A stretch of DNA of 64,000 nt from Bdellovibrionales bacterium (lineage in GTDB: Bacteria; Bdellovibrionota; Bdellovibrionia; Bdellovibrionales; UBA1609): positions 256,001 to 320,000 of the forward strand of contig CBDBIB010000001.1 of NCBI GenBank assembly GCA_965205945.1, given 5' to 3'. The first letter of the stretch is position 1, and each line of letters begins with the position of its first letter. Shown in pieces: positions 31,001-38,721 of this stretch. The translations under genes and the position numbers were made by a program. The notes under the pieces are model-generated. The model did not search any database. It saw only the letters and a list, made by a program, of their open reading frames with translations, and had not been told where the DNA came from.

Positions 31001-33165
31001 GTAGCCTGAATGTTTCCAAATGGAGTGTAGGTCACCGTGTTTGCCGCTAGACTTGCTAAACTCCAACCTTCAGACACATCCTTACAATTTGCTCCTCTTT
31101 CATCACAAATTTGTGTTATTCTTGCTGTTCCAGCAACGTCTAATAAAGCCTCAGGACTAGCCTTACCAACTCCAACCCTTCCACTAGCATCAATAATAAT
31201 TCCCTCATTATCACCGTCTCCACTTAAATAATTTTGGTTAAGATTTATATTTAATCGAGCTATACCATCTCCCATATTATCAGCACTGCTTGGTAAGTTT
31301 ATAAGCCGACTTCCATCAACAGCAGGCAGTCTTAAAGAGCTATCAAGCTTAATAAGCTGATTGCTCCCTGTGCCAACATCTAATCTAGCTGTGCTAATGA
31401 TTCCTGAAGTGATCTTTTCTCCATTTAAATCTGGTATATCAGATTTTAATAAACTTAAACCCTCAACCACTCTTCCTTTAACATCAACTCTAACTTTTGG
31501 GTACGTCCCTTGGGTTACACCCGTTGGTATAAGACTAGGGTTTGGGTAGGTTCCTGTAAGATCCCCTTGAGCCTGGCTTCCTAAAAGACTTGTGTCTGTG
31601 TCTGTATCAATATCAGCCACGCAAGAATAGCTTATTATAGCACCAGGGTTTCGTTGAATCTTTTCCCCACTAGTACACACAGGAAGAGTGTCCACTTGCA
31701 TGAGCTGTCCTAAACCACTTCCTATATCTGCTTCTAAACCCCTTGGCGTAATTTTTAAACCACTTCCTACTTTTACTTTTAATTTATTTATATTAAACTC
31801 TAAACCCCCAGAAGAATCTAAATCTAAATCTATGTTTCCACTGTTGTTGTATAAACCCCTACCAAGGTTGATGCTTATTGTTGGGTTGCTACCACCTGAA
31901 GAGGTTAAAGGAGCATTGACTAAAACACTTGATGCACTACTTAAGGTGCTTAAAACTTCTAAGCTAACACCATTCCAATACTTAAGCGCTCCAGAGTCAC
32001 TATTGTACCAAGTAGCCCCAGCATTGCTCATGTTCATAGATCCTAAAAGACTAACTTCTTCTAAATTCGTATAAGAACCTAAGGTCATGGTACTTCCTGG
32101 GTTTTGCATAATATGACTTGTGTTTAGAATCTGATTATTATTAAAGTTAAGGTCACCTAATAAAACCCCTCCTGTAAGAGGAAGTTTTGTATTGTCAGTT
32201 CCTGTGGGAACCACTGAGCTTGGTAGAATTCCACTTGTGATTTTATTTGCATGAATACCGCTTGCAAGATGACTGTTTAAAACACCCCCTGGTGCAATTA
32301 AAATTGTGCCACTGTTTGTAATGGTTCCACCACTTAAGCCGCTTCCTGCTGTAATACTGGTTACAGTTCCACTACCTTTACCAACAACAGTGGCTGCTGA
32401 TCCATTGTAGTACATGATTTGATTATTTGTAGAGTTATACCAAATATCTCCTGCCTGAGAATTAGGTGGTGGATGAGAGCTTGAAAAACTAGGTAAAAAG
32501 CTAGCTCCACTGATGCTTAATGGGGAGTATTGATTAGAACTGCCATTAATTAAAGCCATAAGCTCCCTTTGATTGGCATCATTATCAAACACGGTCTCTA
32601 AATTGCTTTGAGTAACACCACGACTTACTTGAATAAAATCATTAACAGCTTTTCCACCAAGTTTGCCGGCATACTGAGCATAGGGCACACTGTGAATTAT
32701 ATGGTCATTTGTTAAAGTAAGAGGGCCGCTGCCATGATCAAAAGTTACTCTAAGCCTTCTTGTATCGTTTAAGGTTGGAGTGTATGAAGACCCAAAGGCA
32801 CAACTAAGACTTTTATTGTTTAAAAAAGAATTGTCTAAAGCTTTAGATAAATTTGTTAAGCCTCCATTTCCTGTGTTTATTCCAGACCCAACGTTTAAGT
32901 TAAAAACTCCCTTTGATCCTATCATATTAAGATTAAAACTTTCTTCGTAAAGAAGACAATGATCCATGGAGGATAAAACTTGAACAAGAAAGCTGACATT
33001 ATTTTCTTCTAAAGCGTCTCCATTGGGTTTTACAATTTGGCCTTGAAAAACAAAAGAACTTGGGGTGGCTAGAGAATGGGGAGTTAATAGTAAAATTGTG
33101 AAGAAAGTTAAAGCTTTCACACTTATTTCTATGAAATTTTTTAATAAGTCATATACTCTATACAT
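28081..33165 (-). CDS. Phage-tail-fibre-like surface adhesin resembling Bdellovibrio MAT (mosaic adhesive trimer) proteins
   Basis: Signal peptide + PSSFVFQGQIVKPNGDALEENNVSF...CLLYEE...GVFNLNVG...SVPYAQYA; fibre motifs GTVTSITAGSGLSGG, GDLTGTYPNPSL, GTYPKVRVDVKGRV, GRVGVG..SPEALLDVAG. Confidence 0.85.
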   Translation of the reverse strand: MYRVYDLLKNFIEISVKALTFFTILLLTPHSLATPSSFVFQGQIVKPNGDALEENNVSFLVQVLSSMDHCLLYEESFNLNMIGSKGVFNLNVGSGINTGNGGLTNLSKALDNSFLNNKSLSCAFGSSYTPTLNDTRRLRVTFDHGSGPLTLTNDHIIHSVPYAQYAGKLGGKAVNDFIQVSRGVTQSNLETVFDNDANQRELMALINGSSNQYSPLSISGASFLPSFSSSHPPPNSQAGDIWYNSTNNQIMYYNGSAATVVGKGSGTVTSITAGSGLSGGTITNSGTILIAPGGVLNSHLASGIHANKITSGILPSSVVPTGTDNTKLPLTGGVLLGDLNFNNNQILNTSHIMQNPGSTMTLGSYTNLEEVSLLGSMNMSNAGATWYNSDSGALKYWNGVSLEVLSTLSSASSVLVNAPLTSSGGSNPTISINLGRGLYNNSGNIDLDLDSSGGLEFNINKLKVKVGSGLKITPRGLEADIGSGLGQLMQVDTLPVCTSGEKIQRNPGAIISYSCVADIDTDTDTSLLGSQAQGDLTGTYPNPSLIPTGVTQGTYPKVRVDVKGRVVEGLSLLKSDIPDLNGEKITSGIISTARLDVGTGSNQLIKLDSSLRLPAVDGSRLINLPSSADNMGDGIARLNINLNQNYLSGDGDNEGIIIDASGRVGVGKASPEALLDVAGTARITQICDERGANCKDVSEGWSLASLAANTVTYTPFGNIQATDVEGALNELESRKAPITRTIRTALNSGLSGGGDLSTNRSLSVDINGTTEKTTADSLDSVLMYDVSQSGLKKITHSNFLNGYLKASLGTSRGNAMDAGGVPSCESNEKLQMSNGPIYSWSCEVDQNTSLLGSQAQGDLTGTYPNPSLTPTGVTQGTYPKVRVDVKGRVVEGLSLLKSDIPDLNGEKITSGTISTARLDVGTGSNQLIKLDSSLRLPAVDGSRLINLPSSADNMGDGIARLNINLNQNYLSGDGDNEGIIIDANGRVGVGKASPEALLDVAGTARITQICDERGANCKDVSEGWSLASLAANTVTYTPFGNIQATDVEGALNELESRKAPITRTITTALNSGLSGGGDLSTDRSLSVDINKTTEKTTADSLDSVLIYDVSQSSLKKITHSNFLNGYLKASLGKNAGNAMDAGGVPSCETNEKLQMSNGPIYSWSCEVDQNTSLLGSQAQGDLTGTYPNPSLTPTGVTQGAYPKVRVDVKGRVVEGLSLLKSDIPDLNGEKITSGTISTARLDVGTGSNQLIKLDSSLRLPAVDGSRLINLPSSADNMGDSVARLNINLNQNYLSGDGDNEGIIIDASGRVGVGKASPEALLDVAGTARITQICDERGANCKDVSEGWSLASLAANTVTYTPFGNIQATDVEGALNELESRKAPITRTIRTALNSGLSGGGDLSTDRSLSVDINKTTEKTTADSLDSVLMYDVSQSGLKKITHSNFLNGYLKASLGKSRGNAMDAGGVPSCESNEKLQMSNGPIYSWSCEVDQNTSLLGSQAQGDLTGTYPNPSLIPTGVTQGAYPKVRVDVKGRVVDVLSLLKSDIPDLNGEKITSGTISTARLDVGTGSNQLIKLDSSLRLPAVDGSRLINLPSSADNMGDGRARLNINLNQNYLSGDGDNEGITINNNGDVSVSGSISTPGSISTSTITFLKKVGTVTTSCDSLIEGTLRYNSLGKKMELCDGTVWTNILSR
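28292..31595 (-). repeat. ~3.4 tandem near-identical 969-bp (323-aa) coding modules
   Basis: Equivalent positions at 29099/30068/31037 and 28454/29423/30392/31361. Confidence 0.97.
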
Positions 33166-33172
33166 ATTGTAT

Positions 33173-33199
33173 ATTTCGGATGAAAAGCTTAATAATTAG
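33173..33199 (-). promoter_or_regulatory. Putative FliA promoter of the fibre gene
   Basis: Minus strand CTAA-N15-TCCGAAAT ending 7 nt before the ATG. Confidence 0.55.
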
Positions 33200-33562
33200 A
33201 GGAAATTAAATAGTTTTTTAGCTCTAATTCTACATTTTTATTTTCATTTAAAATCTGTGCTTTTACAAAATATGCCGATAAGGAGGATTATGTTACTATT
33301 TCTGCTTAAAACCACATTATTTTTGATTTGACCTGCTGATTTTAACTATGGTGCTTAAGTGTAAATTTCTTTGTAACATAAAAATGTTGCAAAATAGTTA
33401 CGTTTAATTAACAAGATTATCTTATTTAAATACATGTATTAAAAATTTATTCTATAATTTAAAATAAAATTTATATTCATCAATATTTTTTCATTGTATT
33501 AATTTAAACACATTTAATCCAATAAGGAAAAAATAAGTACTAACTCTCACATAACTTGTTAT

Positions 33563-34399
33563 TTAGTTGCAAAACTGCTTAAATTTACTTGAAAAAACCT
33601 TAGTTTCTTTATTTGGAGAAACCTGAAAAGATGCCATGCAAGATTTTACTTCAATTCTTTTACTCTTACTTAAAAAAGTTTCTACGGAATTAGAATACGA
33701 CCAAATAAACTGATGTCCTATGGGAGCATAAACAAATTCCCCTTTAATTTTACTTTTTAAAATAGCTTTTTTTAAAGGGCTATCTTCAGGTAAACTTACC
33801 TGACCGGTATAAACAATATAAGCACATTTAAGTCCACCACAAAAAAACCATGATTTTAGTTTTAATTTTAAATCCACTTTAAAGGGCCAGCCTGTTTTAA
33901 GATTTCTCCACCTCCCCTTATAAACCCAGGTGTCTCCAGGTTTTACTGCAGTTTTTGGTAAAACAATTTTAGGAAGGTAAAACACAGTCTCTTTAGGAAA
34001 ACCCTTAACATCTAAAACTTCAGCTTTTTTATTAATAATCTTGGTTAAAATTTTTCCCTGTAAAGGAAACCCCATAGCAGTTAAATCTATATCACCCTGA
34101 AGTTCAGTAACCCAATAATTAAACTGCACCTGCCCATTATCTCCTACAAAAAGAGTCTTTCTATTTAGACTAAATTCTGAAAATTCAAGTTTTTTCTCTA
34201 TAAGCTTTGAACTTTTTTCTTTCCCTAAGGCATAAACTTTAATACGAGAACTTGTTTTATATTTATCAATATTACGATTCCCCATAATCAAGGAAAGCTC
34301 TATATTTTCAGGCCGTACATCATTACTTTTTTCTAAAGGTAGTGTTGAACATGAAGAGCAAAATACAAAAAAAGTAATTAATAAGTACGCTTTCATCAA
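33563..34399 (-). CDS. Hypothetical lipoprotein
   Basis: CSSC lipobox; LPKTAVKPGDTW. Confidence 0.65.
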   Translation of the reverse strand: MMKAYLLITFFVFCSSCSTLPLEKSNDVRPENIELSLIMGNRNIDKYKTSSRIKVYALGKEKSSKLIEKKLEFSEFSLNRKTLFVGDNGQVQFNYWVTELQGDIDLTAMGFPLQGKILTKIINKKAEVLDVKGFPKETVFYLPKIVLPKTAVKPGDTWVYKGRWRNLKTGWPFKVDLKLKLKSWFFCGGLKCAYIVYTGQVSLPEDSPLKKAILKSKIKGEFVYAPIGHQFIWSYSNSVETFLSKSKRIEVKSCMASFQVSPNKETKVFSSKFKQFCN

Positions 34400-35244
34400 T
34401 GGCTACCTTCTTGAGTCACTTCATCTGCCTGCAGATTTTCACCTGCACGAAATCTATCTAATAGAATTTTATCTCTTGTTGGAAATGAAAATAATAAAAC
34501 ATTACTATCTGACATTTTATCTTCAATAGTTGTAGCAATATAATAAAAATTATCTTTTGAGTTCTCAGACTCATACTCTTTAATAAAATGTACTAAAAAA
34601 TTCCCATAAGAATCCATAGATCGCCAGATCTCATCTGCGTCTTCTATTGTTTCTTCTCTAACCTTTATAAAATCTATAAACTCTTCTTCTTTAAAATCAC
34701 TCTTAGATCTTAAAACAAGCATAGCTTTATACAAACCTGTTGCAAGTTCATCACCTTCATACAAAGAGTCTCCATCCAAAGCTCCTTTAAATATCTCTTT
34801 CATATTAGAGTTTCTAACTAAATATTCAAACTGAAGTTCTTTTAAATCTGCATCTATGGGAATAGTAACATGAGAATAAATGAACACAGGCTCAAGCTCA
34901 AATAAATGACAAAGAGCTACCTCTATAGTTTTTTCAAACTTTTTTATAAAAATATGTAACGATCTCCCCTCCTTAAACAAATCTGTTCTTTCCCAAACTT
35001 CATCTGGATAATCTAATGTAAGTTTAAGAGTTTGTTTTTTAGACTTTAAGGCCATATCAATGTATTTTTTAAAATATTTTTCTAAAAACTGAATATCTTT
35101 TTTAAAAAAATCATACAATTCATCTTCGGATTTAAACTTCCAATTTCTACCTGAATCAATGACCAGCTCATCAGCTGCATCAGTAATAATATCTATACCT
35201 TCTTCATCCGTTTTGTTTTCTTTCTCAGTATTTTTCAAGATCAC
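34396..35244 (-). CDS. Acidic hypothetical protein with a duplicated T(L/I)xx(P/A)DE(V/I)W unit (PBECR2-like fold)
   Basis: LTLDYPDEVW...IFIKKF and ETIEDADEIW...HFIKEY. Confidence 0.55.
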   Translation of the reverse strand: MILKNTEKENKTDEEGIDIITDAADELVIDSGRNWKFKSEDELYDFFKKDIQFLEKYFKKYIDMALKSKKQTLKLTLDYPDEVWERTDLFKEGRSLHIFIKKFEKTIEVALCHLFELEPVFIYSHVTIPIDADLKELQFEYLVRNSNMKEIFKGALDGDSLYEGDELATGLYKAMLVLRSKSDFKEEEFIDFIKVREETIEDADEIWRSMDSYGNFLVHFIKEYESENSKDNFYYIATTIEDKMSDSNVLLFSFPTRDKILLDRFRAGENLQADEVTQEGSH

Positions 35245-35417
35245 AGCTCCATTTTCATTAGCCTATCTTAGTAAGATGATTTATCCACCTAGACCTTCAA
35301 TATATTTCCCTTGATCATAACATGAAATTCAAATGAAATATAAGAGAGCAAATGAATTTGCTCATATGTTTTTAAAAAGTATCTATTCATAGTAATATTT
35401 ACGATTTTTTTGACAGG

Positions 35418-35747
35418 ATGTTGGAGAACACTTTGAAACAGATTGAAGAAAATTTAAATGCTGTTGAGCACCTATTAAGCCATTCTTTAAAGGGGTTTCA
35501 TTTTGCTTTTGATAAGCAAGATATCAAACATGCATTAGGAAAGCCCTTAAATGGAATTTCTGAGTTTAAATATGAAAACAGAGCCCAAGTTCAAGAGATT
35601 TTTTTAGAATTTGTGAAGCAAAAAACACTTCCCGCTAAAAAAGAATTTTTGCGTAACTTGCCCGCACTGGATAAAGAACTCTTAATTAAGGCTTATTTTA
35701 ATATTTTAGAAAACACTTTAAAAAAGTGCTCTACCATATCTCATTAA
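35418..35747 (+). CDS. Hypothetical protein
   Basis: 109-aa ORF with ordinary composition. Confidence 0.65.
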   Translation: MLENTLKQIEENLNAVEHLLSHSLKGFHFAFDKQDIKHALGKPLNGISEFKYENRAQVQEIFLEFVKQKTLPAKKEFLRNLPALDKELLIKAYFNILENTLKKCSTISH

Positions 35748-35815
35748 AAACTACTAACTTCATAAGGATTATTAAATTAAAACCTATCTCTTTAGGGTAA
35801 AGACGTAAACAGCCC

Positions 35816-36082
35816 CTAGTATGACTTTTTTATAATTTCAGAAATTTCTTTTGTAATAAATCGAATTTGATGCTGATTTTTTAAACAAATATCGATCTTA
35901 GAAGACAACTCTTGTATGGCTGAAAGCTTTTTTATATCTTTAATTTCTTCTCTTGAACCTTGAACAGACCGAGCAGGCATATCCAAAGACATTTTGCCTG
36001 AGTCAACTTTTTCTAATTCTTTTTTTAATGTTTCCTCTATTCTACTCATTTCGTTACCATTTAAACCTTTTATGCTTTGCAA
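35816..36082 (-). CDS. Small coiled-coil hypothetical protein
   Basis: ORF; true start probably a later Met. Confidence 0.55.
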   Translation of the reverse strand: MQSIKGLNGNEMSRIEETLKKELEKVDSGKMSLDMPARSVQGSREEIKDIKKLSAIQELSSKIDICLKNQHQIRFITKEISEIIKKSY

Positions 36083-36119
36083 CCCAAGAAAAATAAAATT
36101 AAATCCTCTTAAATCATTG

Positions 36120-36887
36120 TCATATAGAAAAAGTCTTTATTAGAACCTCAAGCTCATCCTCTTCTTCTACTTGCGTTAGAACTTCCTCAGGACCAGGCTC
36201 TCCTCCATCTAGTGCATCGGCTAAGGCAACTAATTTTACAATACCTTGACCATATTCACAGCTATAAGACTTTAAATCAGATAAGGCCTGAACCCCTCTT
36301 CTATCATATCCCCTAGGTAAACGTGGATACATTACTGATTCTGTCTCATCTGAATGGGCAAAGCCTAAAGCATGCCCCATTTCATGAACCATTAAGGAAA
36401 CAAAATCTACCTTATTATCGTCAAATTCTTCACCTTCATAACTAAATTTAAAATTTTTTGCATTAATCTTAATATCAGCATCTCTAATCTTATCTCCAGC
36501 CCAAATGATTGTTGTTCTAGCCTGCTCAAAAGAACGATCAGATTCCCATGTATTAAGCCAATAAATCGTGGGAATTTCATCTGAGTAACCGCTCTTAGGA
36601 TTTTCTTTAGAGGGTGGTGTATTAGCAATTTGAATAACATTCTTAGTTGAAACCTTGTTCCATTGAGCTGCTGCTCTTAGCAGTGACGTATAAGCTTTTT
36701 TAGGCACATCTTTATGAACCCTAAATTTAAGTGGAAGATCTGCCTTCCAGGACACTCTTTGTGAGTCCTTATTCTGAACAAAACCACATGATAATTCAGG
36801 CTCTGGACTTAAAAATAAAGAGCAGCCAGAAGCAAAAAAAAATATTATTGATATTATAAATATAGTTTTATAAGTTGCCTTATTCAT
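36120..36887 (-). CDS. Matrixin (M10) family zinc metalloprotease, lipoprotein
   Basis: ASGC lipobox; HEMGHALGFAH; SVMYP Met-turn. Confidence 0.9.
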   Translation of the reverse strand: MNKATYKTIFIISIIFFFASGCSLFLSPEPELSCGFVQNKDSQRVSWKADLPLKFRVHKDVPKKAYTSLLRAAAQWNKVSTKNVIQIANTPPSKENPKSGYSDEIPTIYWLNTWESDRSFEQARTTIIWAGDKIRDADIKINAKNFKFSYEGEEFDDNKVDFVSLMVHEMGHALGFAHSDETESVMYPRLPRGYDRRGVQALSDLKSYSCEYGQGIVKLVALADALDGGEPGPEEVLTQVEEEDELEVLIKTFSI

Positions 36888-36899
36888 ACTTAAGGTCAA

Positions 36900-36916
36900 A
36901 GCAAGCTTAATGCCAG
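36900..36916 (-). promoter_or_regulatory. Sigma54 -24/-12 promoter
   Basis: Minus strand CTGGCAT-TAAGC-TTGCT. Confidence 0.75.
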
Positions 36917-37208
36917 TTCAAGCCTCACCATATAAATTACTGTTTTTATTACGCTTTATATCTATTTTGCTCCATTTTAAGACACCTTTAGATTGCCTAG
37001 GTTTTATATAATGAGTAAAAACTGGCATAGGATTAGTCCTCTCCGTAAAAGATCAAGGTTTAGACACACTGTAAAAAAAGTGGGTGAGCTCTTATTCCAA
37101 GCCCTGGGACTAGCTACCTTAAATAAAATAAACTAAAGCCTTATTTATTAACGTATGTAAGAAACTACCCAAGATATAAGGAGTGCTATTATCAAAGGCC
37201 TTTAAAAA

Positions 37209-38627
37209 CTACAGATCAAAGTGAAGATTTGTATCGTCTTTTTTGGGTTTTGTAAGACCTTTTTTTTTAATTTTCTCAAGTAAGGTAGTTCTGTTAAGTC
37301 GAAGTAGTAATGCGGCCTGATTTTTATTCCAGCTAGTTCTTTCTAACGCTTGTATAATAATTTGATTCTCAAACTCATTAATCATTGAATTAAAGTCCAC
37401 ACCGCCTTCAGGAAAATAAATGGTTTTAGATTGGTTTATATGTTTGTTTTTAAGATATTGCTTTGGAATATCTTTAACTTCAATTGTTCCAACAGACTTA
37501 ATAATAGTCATGCGTTCAATGAGATTTTCAAGCTCTCTAATGTTTCCTGGCCAATTATGAGTCATTAAGTATGTAAAAGCATCTTTTGAAATACCCTTAA
37601 TATTTCTTTTTTTCTCAACATTATATTTGTTAATAAAGTAATCAACTAATAAAGGAATATCGGATTTTCGTTCTCTTAAAGCAGGCATAGTAAGAGGAAT
37701 AACATTTAAACGATAGTAAAGGTCTTCTCTAAACTCCCCTGAATGAACAAGCTTTTCAAGATTTTCATGGGTAGCAGCAAGTATACGAGCATTTGTTGAA
37801 ATATGTTCTTCACCACCAACAGGTTCATAAATCTTTTCCTGTAAGACTCTAAGAAGTTTTACTTGAAGTCGAGGGCTCATATCGCCAACTTCATCTAAAA
37901 AAAGAGTTCCATTTTCAGCTATGCAAAAACGTCCTTTTCTATCATCTACGGCCCCTGTAAAGCTTCCTTTTTTATGGCCAAAAAGCTCAGACTCTAAAAG
38001 ACTTTCTGATAAAGCCCCACAGTTTACAGCAACGAAAGATCCTGAGACTCTTAAAGAGTTTTCATGAATCATTCTTGCAATAAGCTCTTTTCCCGTTCCA
38101 CTCTCACCGGTAATTAGCACTGTTGAGTCAGAATCAGAAACTCTTTTAGCAAGTTTAATAAGACTTGTAATCTCTAGGCTTTTACCAATAATAGGAGGCT
38201 GTTTGTTATTTACTTTAAGGTGTGATTTTAAAATTTTATTTTCAGCAATTAAAGCTTTATGTGTTAATGCACGATCTACAAGATTTAAAAAAGGATTAAG
38301 TTCAAAAGGTTTTGTTATAAAATGAAAAGCTCCTTTTTTAGAGGCATTTACTGCAAGTTCAATGGTTCCAAAACTGGTTAATATAATTATTTCAGCTTGT
38401 GGATTAGAGCTTTGAATAAGGGACATAAGATCTAATCCGTTTCCATCAGGAAGTTTTAAATCAATAATAGCTAAATCAATTTGTAATGAACTTAAGATAA
38501 AAGATTTTGCTTCTTCAAAGAGGTCAGAGGTTACAACATGATAGCCTTTAACTGTTAATTTTCTAAAAAGCACTGAGCGAATAGAAGATTCATCTTCAAC
38601 TAGTAATACATGCTTTTTATTTTTCAT
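37209..38627 (-). CDS. NtrC-family sigma54 response regulator
   Basis: REC domain (LLVEDE, DLKLPDGNG, KPF), GESGTGKE, GSFTGA, Fis HTH. Confidence 0.93.
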   Translation of the reverse strand: MKNKKHVLLVEDESSIRSVLFRKLTVKGYHVVTSDLFEEAKSFILSSLQIDLAIIDLKLPDGNGLDLMSLIQSSNPQAEIIILTSFGTIELAVNASKKGAFHFITKPFELNPFLNLVDRALTHKALIAENKILKSHLKVNNKQPPIIGKSLEITSLIKLAKRVSDSDSTVLITGESGTGKELIARMIHENSLRVSGSFVAVNCGALSESLLESELFGHKKGSFTGAVDDRKGRFCIAENGTLFLDEVGDMSPRLQVKLLRVLQEKIYEPVGGEEHISTNARILAATHENLEKLVHSGEFREDLYYRLNVIPLTMPALRERKSDIPLLVDYFINKYNVEKKRNIKGISKDAFTYLMTHNWPGNIRELENLIERMTIIKSVGTIEVKDIPKQYLKNKHINQSKTIYFPEGGVDFNSMINEFENQIIIQALERTSWNKNQAALLLRLNRTTLLEKIKKKGLTKPKKDDTNLHFDL

Positions 38628-38721
38628 TATCTTCCTCTTAAAAACCTATGAATATAGGTATCGATCAATTTATATAATTTTAGCGTTTATTCTAAAACTG
38701 TCAATTTTTAGGCCTCTAAAT

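Noticed and set aside
28454..32074. Repeated short plus-strand ORFs
   Set aside because: Antisense shadows of the 969-bp fibre modules.
12241..33165. Complete diversity-generating retroelement
   Set aside because: No reverse transcriptase, Avd or TR/VR pair is visible in the window; kept only as a hypothesis.
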